Assembly (NCBI GenBank): GCA_963796105.1
Contig: CAWCKJ010000006.1
Span: 128,001 to 192,000 of the forward strand
Length of the DNA: 64,000 nucleotides
Origin: a candidate division FCPU426 bacterium
GTDB taxonomy: Bacteria; Oederibacteriota; Muellerivitia; Muellerivitales; Muellerivitaceae
Direction: 5' to 3'
Both the position numbers and the translations under genes were made by a program. The notes below the pieces were generated by a model. It was not told the origin of the DNA. It did not search any database and was given only the letters and a program-made list of their open reading frames with translations. Shown here in pieces: positions 9,063-18,023 of this stretch (position 1 is the first letter of the stretch; each line of letters starts with the position of its first letter).

Positions 9063-11333
9063 ATGATGGTAATAATTCCGAAATCAATAATTAAAAATGT
9101 GGCCAAACAAGTAGCAGACACATATTTTGCAAATAATGAACGGTTTCAACAAGTGAAAGGAGCGGAAGAGAAGAAACTCGAAGATTTTCTATTTCTTTCT
9201 GTGTGTTCTTTCCTGGCGGATGATATCGAAGGTTTGGGTTTGTTCGTTTATAAATTAATTGATTTTTTGCCAGTGGAAATAAAGGATGTATTGATAAATC
9301 GTTGGAATGGAAACATCGCTTCCTTTAATGATGATTTTTTATCGGCAAAAAAATATTTGGAAAATGCTTATTCAATAGCAAGAGAAAATCAAATTGAAGA
9401 ATGGTTAATTCGAGATATTTTATTGGATTTGCGTAATTCAACATTTCGTCTGGCTGAAAAAAATAAAAATTATGGGCGCAATACAGAATTTCTTGATTCG
9501 TTAGAAAATTTAGAAGATTGGAATTTTACGCCATGCCTTGATAGAAGTTTATTGGACGGTATGGAAGATGTTCAAAACATACTTTTTAAAAAATTCACTG
9601 ATTCCCCAAATACAATTTATATTACCGATCAAAGTATTCCACAAACATTAGAGCATGTAGTAGAAGCTATTTGTTATGGAATGTGTTTTGGTTCTTATAC
9701 ATATTTAAGAGTTATACGAGATCGATTAGCACAAATATTCTATATTTACTCTAAAAACTATAATTCTTTTGATTTGTTAAGAGAAGCGTTACGGCTTTTT
9801 GCTATGGAAGCAAGTATTGGCTCGATTAAAAAGATTTTGGAAACGGACAAAGAACGATTGTATGCAGGGGTTTCAGGAAGCCCCGAAAAATTAATAAATT
9901 ATATTGTGCCAAAAAGAGAAGGTGACCTTAGCAAAATTATTAGGTGTGTTCTAATTGAATCTTTAGGTGAATATCTTCCTGATGAAAAAATTACCGATAT
10001 AGAAAAATACTTAATGGTTTGTTTAGAAGGCCAATTTTCTTTAAGTGAAACTCTAGACCTGAAGAGATCGGCTTTACGTTCGCTTTCCAAAAATGTAGAA
10101 CGCATAAATATGAATCAAATTATTTCAAAATTACTAGGTTTGATAAGCAACAATCGCTTAGTTAATGATGAAATATTGGAATTGCTTGCGAGAGTTTCTT
10201 GGAAAAACATTACAAAAGAAGTGGCATTTAATGTTGCGAAGAAATTAGTGGAAATTAAAACATTATTTCATAGTTCAAATAAACTTTATGAAATCCTACT
10301 TGAAATCAGAAATGATTATGGGCCTTATAATCCGGAATATGAAAGTTCTCTTTTAAAGGAATGCGAAAATTTAAAATCTTTAGATGCTGTATATTATTTT
10401 TCAAAATTAACGGGTGAAGATTATCAACAAGAACGACAAAAAATAGCATTAGAAATATTAGAGAGATTGGAAAAAGGCAATTCTGTACTTCATGGCCAAA
10501 GTCCGGTTATAGTTTCATCTTTTGGTGGATACAACATTATTTATATATATTTCCAGTATGCATCCAATGGAATCTTTGGAAATATTCAGAGAGCTGCGGA
10601 AATCTATAAATCAATATTAGAGAATCCTAATCATTATGTTTCTGCGAAATACGCAACTTTAAACATGATTTCGGTACTTTTTCATTCTGGTAATAAACTT
10701 GCTGTGGAATATGGTCCGAAAATTGTTGAGAGTTGTTATAACGATCAAAAAAAAGTTCTTAAATATACTGATGACGATTTATTTAAAGAAGGCTACAAAG
10801 AGAGGTTGGAATTAAAACTTCACCAAATGTATTTGGCCTTTTCAAAAAAGCTTACTTTCGATGAAATAGTTGTAAAGTCATCAGAATATTTAATGAATGG
10901 CTTAAGAGACATTAGGTTAGAAGCAGTAGAGTTTTTGAAAGAGGCCTTAAACATTTGTTCGGATTCTGAAAAGAATGCTTTATTCGAATTGTTATATATG
11001 AAAACATTTGATAGTTCGGAAACGGTAAGACTAACGGCTATCACTGCGTTAAATGATGCAACAATGAATAAAACTAACTGGTCCGAGATTTGTATTAAAC
11101 GTATGAAAATATTGGTTAAGGATAGCAATGATCTTGTCAGAAATTCTGTTGTGATTTCTGCTCGAAAAGGATTAATGAATTCTAAAAACGAAGGATATGT
11201 TTCGATACTTGAATGGGCAAAACTCGATGCGCATTATGCAATTCGTAATCGAGCAAAGAAAGCTTTAGAGGAATTCCTACAACCCCCCAAAATTTCAAAA
11301 AGGGAAGAATTAAAACCTAATTCCGAAAACTGA
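9063..11333 (+). CDS. Large alpha-helical protein with C-terminal HEAT-like repeats
   Basis: DSSETVRLTAITAL, DSNDLVRNSVV and DAHYAIRNRAKKAL; 756 aa; no NTPase motif seen. Confidence 0.65.
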   Translation: MMVIIPKSIIKNVAKQVADTYFANNERFQQVKGAEEKKLEDFLFLSVCSFLADDIEGLGLFVYKLIDFLPVEIKDVLINRWNGNIASFNDDFLSAKKYLENAYSIARENQIEEWLIRDILLDLRNSTFRLAEKNKNYGRNTEFLDSLENLEDWNFTPCLDRSLLDGMEDVQNILFKKFTDSPNTIYITDQSIPQTLEHVVEAICYGMCFGSYTYLRVIRDRLAQIFYIYSKNYNSFDLLREALRLFAMEASIGSIKKILETDKERLYAGVSGSPEKLINYIVPKREGDLSKIIRCVLIESLGEYLPDEKITDIEKYLMVCLEGQFSLSETLDLKRSALRSLSKNVERINMNQIISKLLGLISNNRLVNDEILELLARVSWKNITKEVAFNVAKKLVEIKTLFHSSNKLYEILLEIRNDYGPYNPEYESSLLKECENLKSLDAVYYFSKLTGEDYQQERQKIALEILERLEKGNSVLHGQSPVIVSSFGGYNIIYIYFQYASNGIFGNIQRAAEIYKSILENPNHYVSAKYATLNMISVLFHSGNKLAVEYGPKIVESCYNDQKKVLKYTDDDLFKEGYKERLELKLHQMYLAFSKKLTFDEIVVKSSEYLMNGLRDIRLEAVEFLKEALNICSDSEKNALFELLYMKTFDSSETVRLTAITALNDATMNKTNWSEICIKRMKILVKDSNDLVRNSVVISARKGLMNSKNEGYVSILEWAKLDAHYAIRNRAKKALEEFLQPPKISKREELKPNSEN

Positions 11334-11641
11334 CCTCAATGTAAAAACTGTCTTATGTTTGAAGGAGATTAAGAAATTAATGGTCAAATTGTATCCATGA
11401 AGGCCCAAAGTTCTAGCTGTCAATCTCTGGGAGCCGCTTTAAAAGTGGGAAAAGGGGAATTTCGGGGGAACTTTCGGGGAATAAATAGGGAAAAAAGGAA
11501 TTAAGCGGAAATTCCTTGTATCAGAAAAGTTCGAAATGTATCCATGAAGGCCAGCCATTTTTTCCTATAAAGCTTTAAAAGAGAAAATGACTTGCCCTTC
11601 TTTCATGAGATGGGTTATAAATGCATTCATGAAGGGTAGCC

Positions 11642-11682
11642 AATAAAGTCCAATCTTCAAGTGCGGAAGATTGGACTTTATT
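11642..11682. terminator. Perfect 17-bp inverted repeat, probable intrinsic terminator
   Basis: AATAAAGTCCAATCTTC-aagtgcg-GAAGATTGGACTTTATT followed by ATTTTT. Confidence 0.6.
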
Positions 11683-12051
11683 ATTTTTAGGAGCAAAAAT
11701 TTGTTAATTTGTTAGTTGTTCTAACGCTATCAAGTAGACTGGTCGAAGCCTAGGATTCCGAAATAACAGGAAATACAGGGTTAATTTAAGAATCCGAGAT
11801 GTGACTTGCTTTAAGCAATTCTTCCATAAGAATTCCTTTCGGTTTTTGATTAATAATGACCTGATTCGAAACCGAAGAACCTAATCATTTTTATGGGTGG
11901 TTGAAGCGGGGTTGTCTGTATTCCCTGAGGGGACGCACCGCATCTTTAGGGTTCAGAACGTCAAAAGATCTATTGGGGTGCCTTAATTAATAAATAACGA
12001 CACATTCAGATTTTGGGGAAATATTTGGTATTATGGCGACGTGAAAAAAGC

Positions 12052-12855
12052 ATGAAAAAGTCATATTTTCTTCTGTTTCTCAGCAGCGTGGCGGTTCCCC
12101 TTTTTGGGGGAACCGACCTTCGAGCCCACGTGGAAAGCTTGTCTTATAAGGATGCCTGGGTGGATGTGGCGGTTTCCATTGCTGATGGACACTTGAGGTT
12201 GGACTTCCAAGGTCCCATTTCGCACGGGTCGTTGATCTATGACCGCGAAACATCCCAGGTGACGGTTGTCGATGATCTTCACAAAACTGTTCTGACTCTC
12301 TCCCAGGGTGACCAGACCGCCCTCAAAATCATGGGCGCCATCTCTTCCGGCAGGCTCAAAGGCGGGGCAGCCGGTTTTCCGCTTAGCGTTCAGAAGACCT
12401 ATGCCATCGTCCAGGAAAACGCGAAAGCTTTTTTTAACGGGATACCGGTTTTAAAGGGTAAAGGTGCACGGATAGGAGGGTTTACCTGCGATGAGTACCA
12501 GACCGATTTTGAGGGGATTAAAGCCCGCGAAGTATGGGTGACCCTTCCCGAGAAAGTTGGCATGAGCGGGGAAGACTACAATACATTGAGGGGTATGGTC
12601 CATTTGGCGGTGGATTTTTGCGGAGACGAATTGACTCAATTAGGTGCGGATACTTCTTCTTTTCAACAAAGTCTTTCAAATCCCCAGCTGCCGGTTCGCG
12701 CGGTTCTTTACGCCCAGAATAAGCCCTCTGGCCGGTTTAAAGTCCGTAGTGTCCGTACCCGGACTTTTGACGCGACGACCTTTATTCCTCCTGCCGGTTA
12801 CCGTAATTTAAGTTTGATAAGTCTTGGTAAAAATTGGATCAACGGAAATCCTTGA
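12052..12855 (+). CDS. Secreted protein, DUF4412-like
   Basis: Signal peptide MKKSYFLLFLSSVAVPLFG; motifs IGGFTCDEY..EVWVT and F.PPAGY. Confidence 0.6.
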   Translation: MKKSYFLLFLSSVAVPLFGGTDLRAHVESLSYKDAWVDVAVSIADGHLRLDFQGPISHGSLIYDRETSQVTVVDDLHKTVLTLSQGDQTALKIMGAISSGRLKGGAAGFPLSVQKTYAIVQENAKAFFNGIPVLKGKGARIGGFTCDEYQTDFEGIKAREVWVTLPEKVGMSGEDYNTLRGMVHLAVDFCGDELTQLGADTSSFQQSLSNPQLPVRAVLYAQNKPSGRFKVRSVRTRTFDATTFIPPAGYRNLSLISLGKNWINGNP

Positions 12856-12888
12856 ATTACCCATGAGGCTTCCCGCTTTTGGGAATGG

Positions 12889-14904
12889 TCAATCGAGAGC
12901 CCCATCCAAGGTTAAGCCCTCCTGCGAGGCCTGTATATCTTCCTTAGAAACCTCCACCGTCAATACGTCGATACCGTTTCGAGGGTTCTTAATCGAACCC
13001 CAGATGGCCCTGGGGTAAACCTGATGTAACTTTTCCTGGAGTTCCGGGTATTCCCAGGGCGGAATAATAAATAATACGTTTTTAGACACATTTTTCCGGA
13101 TAGGCACCTCGAAATGATCCCCCATTTGGTTGAAGGTGAATAAATCATGAGTCAGCACATATACTGTACTCGAGCTGTAAACGAAATCCAGCAACGCGTG
13201 GCAGCGGGGGCATTGGGTTCTCAGATATTCGGCGACTTGTATATGGTTGAAGCCCAGCAAATCCCAATAGTTGGGGCCCTCAGCCTTGAAATTCCGGAAG
13301 GAAAAATAGTAGGTGAATATATTCCAAACTAAGGCCGCCGTTACTAGTAAGGTTAATAACATTTTGCCTGTTCTTTTCATGGCCAAGGTCAAAGCGGAAA
13401 AAATCCCGATAACCCGATCCAAGGTCCAAGCAGCTACGAAAAAAAGGAATGGGACCACTAGAAAGTAACGCTGGCCGTTAACGGAAGTTGGATCCGGATT
13501 GGGACCTTGTATGGCGAAGGCGTTAGCCACAATGCCGAAAAATAGGCCGCCCAAGGATATCCAACAGGCTCTTTGCCTCCAATGAAGGACTGCCCATAGG
13601 AGGCCGAATGCCATCAAGCTTCCCGAAACCGGATCCAGCTGAGGCGCGTTGGCGCAAAAACGGGGGTCCAGCCCGTCATTGCGGTTGAGAAAGGAAAGGA
13701 AAGTCCAAGCCATTCTTTTGAAAATAAGGGCGTAATGTCCCGTCCTTTGAACTTCCGCGAGAAGGCTTAGTTCCTTAGCGCGGCCAAGTATCGTGTAGGG
13801 TTCCTGGAAGGCGTAAATGATAAAGGGGCCAGCCAGCCACAGCATGGAAAGGGCGCCCAAGGGTAGGTATCGGGAGTGGTTTCTCCAAAAAGGTCTACCT
13901 TCCACGGCCCAGATCCCTAAAACCGCGAATCCGGCCATGAATACCACAAGCCGGCCCGGCAAATATTCCAATTCGCAAAAGGCGATGAAGAGGCCTGCCC
14001 AAAAATAATCGGATTTCCGGCCTTGTTTCAAGGCCTTAGAAAGGAAATAAAACGCCAGGATTTCCCAAAAGGCCACCAGCATGTCTTGGAAAGGGGAAAG
14101 ACTATAAAAAAGGTACCACCAACCAATGGACATCAAAAAGACGGACAGAATTGAGGGAAGGAAAGCGAAGAATAGACGGCACCAAAGGTAGAAAATATAT
14201 AGGGCTCCCAAAGAAATGAGAGCGGAAAAAAGCCTGGCTGAACCACAAGACGTGCCGAAAATCCTCATGAATAGGGATAACCACCAAAAATGAAAGGATT
14301 CATTTCCTCCCCAGCTTGCGATAAAAGGGGACTTGAGTGAGCCATTCAGAAAGCTATAAGCGTCCCGAATACAGTTCGCTTCGTCGATTTGAAAGCCGGT
14401 GATATGCTGGCCGATGAAGGGCAATCTCATGGCCGCGGCAATCAAGAGGACCAAAGCGAGAAGTTTCTTTTCAACATCAGGTCCAGGGGACCACGCTTTT
14501 TCAGGGCTTGCCAGGGAGATTTGAGTAAACATGAAAAAAGCAACAGCCCAGGAGGCAAAAGCCAGGGCGTATAAGCGGGCTGAAAAGAAAAATTGTCCCA
14601 TCCCCGCGAAAAAAATAGCCGCGCCCAAGGGGAACAAATCATCCCATTTTGGGCTGGATCTGCCTTTTTTAATTAAGGGTTTGGGGGACATGGATTCCCG
14701 GTTTTCAGGAAGGAGAGGTATCCGCTTGGGAAAAGCTTTCCATATCATGAATAGGGACAAAATCTGGAATGGAGCGCCGGAAAACCAACGCTGATCCTGG
14801 GATCCTGACCAAAGATAGGCTCCGACCGCGCCCGAAAGGATACCAACGAGACAATAGAGCCAGTTGAACTTATTTTTTCCTAAGGGGTTGGTTTTTTTTC
14901 TCAC
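12889..14904 (-). CDS. GT-C fold glycosyltransferase (ArnT/PMT-like)
   Basis: Many TM helices; periplasmic DE motif (GFQIDEA), SARLFSALISL and GQRYFL. Confidence 0.75.
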   Translation of the reverse strand: MRKKTNPLGKNKFNWLYCLVGILSGAVGAYLWSGSQDQRWFSGAPFQILSLFMIWKAFPKRIPLLPENRESMSPKPLIKKGRSSPKWDDLFPLGAAIFFAGMGQFFFSARLYALAFASWAVAFFMFTQISLASPEKAWSPGPDVEKKLLALVLLIAAAMRLPFIGQHITGFQIDEANCIRDAYSFLNGSLKSPFIASWGGNESFHFWWLSLFMRIFGTSCGSARLFSALISLGALYIFYLWCRLFFAFLPSILSVFLMSIGWWYLFYSLSPFQDMLVAFWEILAFYFLSKALKQGRKSDYFWAGLFIAFCELEYLPGRLVVFMAGFAVLGIWAVEGRPFWRNHSRYLPLGALSMLWLAGPFIIYAFQEPYTILGRAKELSLLAEVQRTGHYALIFKRMAWTFLSFLNRNDGLDPRFCANAPQLDPVSGSLMAFGLLWAVLHWRQRACWISLGGLFFGIVANAFAIQGPNPDPTSVNGQRYFLVVPFLFFVAAWTLDRVIGIFSALTLAMKRTGKMLLTLLVTAALVWNIFTYYFSFRNFKAEGPNYWDLLGFNHIQVAEYLRTQCPRCHALLDFVYSSSTVYVLTHDLFTFNQMGDHFEVPIRKNVSKNVLFIIPPWEYPELQEKLHQVYPRAIWGSIKNPRNGIDVLTVEVSKEDIQASQEGLTLDGALD

Positions 14905-15228
14905 GGGAAGTCATTATACTTAGAAACGAAAAAACGAGGTGGTTTTTCGTCGGTGTCAGTTTTCTTAATCCGTGAATTTTTGGAAGGCCAAGAGAGAATT
15001 TTTTCATGCAGAAGATCTAAAAACCGGAGGAACCAGACCTGATGAGATGGAATCGATTATTAAACCAAAGGGGTTTGAGCTTCCTGGAGATCCTTGTTTA
15101 CGGGGCGCTTTTGGTATTCGTGATATACGCAGGGATGAAATTTTTCACCAACTCGGACAGCCAGAGTCCCGTCAGGGCCTATGAAAACCCCCTCACCAAG
15201 TAACGAGCAAACCGGGACGCAGGTATTT

Positions 15229-15749
15229 TCAAAGGTTCTTGAAGAAATCCAGGTAAAGTTTATGCTTCAAGTACATATGTTCAAATAGGGCGTCGTGCAG
15301 GTCGTAATCAGCCTCGGAACCGAACCAGTGCAGGGCTTCTTTAGCGCAGTAATAACGCGGTCCCGGGCCCGACCCTTGAGGGTCATCCTCCTCGTTCCAA
15401 AGTTTTTGGAATTCTGCGACGACATCTATGACAGCTAATCTTCTTTCCTCTATCTCGATCTCGCTTTTGAATTTCACCAGGTCCTGATTTCGGTAGATCT
15501 CTAGGATATATTCCCCAAGAATGGAATCCCGTTTCTCCTGGGATAGCTTTTTGGTGATAAAATCCGCCTTCATAGTTTGAGCCAAGTTGCAGGCGCTCAT
15601 CCCAAGGACGATCCGGAGCATTTCCTCGGTCAAGTCAAGATCGTGTCCTTTTTTTTGTGGAGAATTTCCAGGAGTTCCCGTATCTCGCTGATCTTTATGA
15701 GCTTTTTTGAGATTTCCTGGTCTTCGCTTTTCGTCCTGAAAAACAACAT
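15229..15749 (-). pseudogene. Hypothetical protein split by a -1 frameshift at an A8 run (15649-15656)
   Basis: A 39-aa ORF from ATG 15749 stops at 15630; the 134-aa ORF 15633-15229 is in the -1 frame and stays open upstream across the A run. Confidence 0.5.
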
Positions 15750-16049
15750 GGCGGAAATTATCCTTTTCGGCCTATGACAGTCGGTATATTACTGGAGAAA
15801 CCAATTGAGCCTTTCGACAAGACCTTGTATCAAATGGTTCATTGGGATTTCCCTACTCTGTTAAGAAAATAATAACCTTTTCCCCAAAAAACCATCTACA
15901 CCTTTCTGCTAAAGGGCCTCGAAACAGGGTAAAATGAGTTAGATCATGTTTTATTGACCGGCTGATTTCAGGCCTCGGTTTCGGCCGGGAACAAGCTGAT
16001 TATGGAAATTAATTCGGATTGATCTAAAAAAGGGGCGGGAGGGCGCGAT

Positions 16050-17012
16050 ATGAAGGCTATAAGGGTACACCAATTCGGCGGTCCGGAAGTCATGAAATGG
16101 GAAGAAATTCCCGACCCGAAGCCGGGACAGGGCCAGGCCCTCATCCTGGTCAAGGCAGCCGGAGTCAACCCGATAGAGACTTATATTCGGGCTGGAGTCT
16201 ATCCCGTTTTGGTCCCGCTTTCCTACACTCCCGGCGCCGATGGAGCGGGGATAGTCGAGAAAATAGGGAAAGGGGTACGCGGCATCAAGCCGGGGGAAAG
16301 GGTTTATTTCAACGCGGCCCTGAGAGGTTCCTACGCCGAGAAAACGTTAGCGGCCTCGGATAACGTCCACCTGCTTCCAAAGAAAATATCCTTTTCCCAA
16401 GGCGCGGCCATGGGGATTCCTTATGCCACGGCCCATCGGGCCCTTTTTGGAAGAGGAAGGGCGAAAAAGGGAGAAGTGGTCCTGGTCCATGGGGCTAGCG
16501 GGGGAGTGGGGACGGCCGCTGTCCAATTAGCAAAAAGGGCGAAACTCTTTGTCGTTGGAACTGCTGGTACCGAGGGGGGGCGGGCCTTAGTGAAGAAACT
16601 GGGCGCGGACCAGGTTTTGGACCATCACGATCCGGAATTCGGGAACAAGCTTTCAAAATTCACAGAAGGAAGAGGAGTAGACCTTATCCTTGAGATGCTT
16701 GCCAACGTGAATCTTGGGAAAGACCTGACTTATCTCGCCAAGAGGGGAAGGGTGGTCGTGGTAGGAAGCCGCGGCCCAGTGGAAATTAATCCCCGGGAAA
16801 CCATGGGCCGCGACGCTGAAATCCTTGGAATGACCTTGGCCAATACTAATCCTGCGGAGATTTCTAAAATCCATGCTGACCTGGTCAAGGGTCTGAAAAG
16901 CGGTTCGCTGGTGCCGGTGATCGGCCGTGAGTTCGCGCTCAAGGACGCGCCCCAAGCCCATGTCGCTGTTATGACTCCGGGCGCATATGGAAAGATTGTT
17001 CTCATTCCATGA
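16050..17012 (+). CDS. NADPH:quinone reductase (zeta-crystallin-like MDR family)
   Basis: MKAIRVHQFGGPEV, AAGVNP, VLVHGASGGVG and terminal GKIVL. Confidence 0.92.
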   Translation: MKAIRVHQFGGPEVMKWEEIPDPKPGQGQALILVKAAGVNPIETYIRAGVYPVLVPLSYTPGADGAGIVEKIGKGVRGIKPGERVYFNAALRGSYAEKTLAASDNVHLLPKKISFSQGAAMGIPYATAHRALFGRGRAKKGEVVLVHGASGGVGTAAVQLAKRAKLFVVGTAGTEGGRALVKKLGADQVLDHHDPEFGNKLSKFTEGRGVDLILEMLANVNLGKDLTYLAKRGRVVVVGSRGPVEINPRETMGRDAEILGMTLANTNPAEISKIHADLVKGLKSGSLVPVIGREFALKDAPQAHVAVMTPGAYGKIVLIP

Positions 17013-17755
17013 GGGCGAGCCCATCCAAACCTCGGAAGATCCTGTTTCTGCTGGACTATGACGGCACCCTCACGGATTTTACCCGTGACCCTGAGTGTTC
17101 CAACCTGACGAGCCGGGAGAGGGGTCTCCTGAAAAAATTGATAGAAAAGTTTCCGGTCATTTTTATCAGCGGACGCCATGCCGAGGGTCTCAGGCGGGTT
17201 TCCCGCCTGGGTGAAATAGCCATCGTGGGAACCCACGGATTCGAAGCTAGCCGGCTTCCCCGTGGAATCCTCTTGGCATCCCCTGCCCTACAGCGGAGAT
17301 ATAGGCGGGAAGCGGATAGATTATGGAAAGCCATTCAAATCCTACCGGCCAGCTATCCTGGAATCCATATCGAGAGAAAACCTTTCTCCTCAACACTTCA
17401 TTATCGGGGAATAAAACTGTCCCCGAAGCGGGAAAAGTTACTTTTCCGGGATTTTAAGTGGTTGTACCGCAAGGCAGTCACGGAAAGGTTGTGGACAATT
17501 CAATTGGGGAAAAAGATGATCGAGGCCATGCCAAAGGGGTACACAAAGGGAAAAGCTGTCTTGAAAATACTGAGAAAATTTCCGGGTTATATGCCCATCT
17601 TTGCCGGCGATGACACAACCGACCTCACGGCATTCGAGGCTCTCATGAAAAGGGGATTGAAGGTGGCGGTCGGGAGCCGTATCCCAGACCGATATTGCGA
17701 CCTGCGTTTCAAACATCCCGAGGCTTTCTTGGATTGGCTCCGGTTGTTCATTTGA
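17009..17755 (+). CDS. otsB: Trehalose-6-phosphate phosphatase (HAD IIB)
   Basis: LDYDGTL, ISGR, GTHGFE, LHYR, KGKA and AGDDTTD motifs. Confidence 0.85.
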   Translation: MRASPSKPRKILFLLDYDGTLTDFTRDPECSNLTSRERGLLKKLIEKFPVIFISGRHAEGLRRVSRLGEIAIVGTHGFEASRLPRGILLASPALQRRYRREADRLWKAIQILPASYPGIHIERKPFSSTLHYRGIKLSPKREKLLFRDFKWLYRKAVTERLWTIQLGKKMIEAMPKGYTKGKAVLKILRKFPGYMPIFAGDDTTDLTAFEALMKRGLKVAVGSRIPDRYCDLRFKHPEAFLDWLRLFI

Positions 17756-18023
17756 GCATGAAATATGTTCCTCCTTATTTCTAAGCTATAAATCCCACTA
17801 ACTCGTTCGAAAAACCGGTTTCATGGAATGGTACTTTTTCACTCCGAACTTTGTCAGATTAGATTACTCATGAACTGAATTTATGCGGTTCTTTCAGGCG
17901 CAATGTTTGTCCGAGGGGTTGATTGCCGATTTATGGTTTCACAACATAAGGGCTGGTTTTTGCGTTAAAATTAAAGGGATTAATGGCAATTCAATTTCCA
18001 GGTTTGTTTCGGCGGATTCACCC

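Larger units (their letters stand above)
1529..11560. mobile_element. tRNA-Gln-associated genomic island with defence-type cargo (right boundary uncertain, 11560-12000)
   Basis: Starts at the tRNA 3' end with a serine recombinase, is visibly AT-richer than its flanks, and carries TA and RM genes. The 10-mer CCAGCCATTT (1522-1531) recurs at 11551-11560. Confidence 0.7.

Noticed and set aside
11741..11760. CTAGGATTC resembling the tRNA T arm as attR
   Set aside because: Only 9 bp and in inverted orientation, which does not fit a direct-repeat attachment site.
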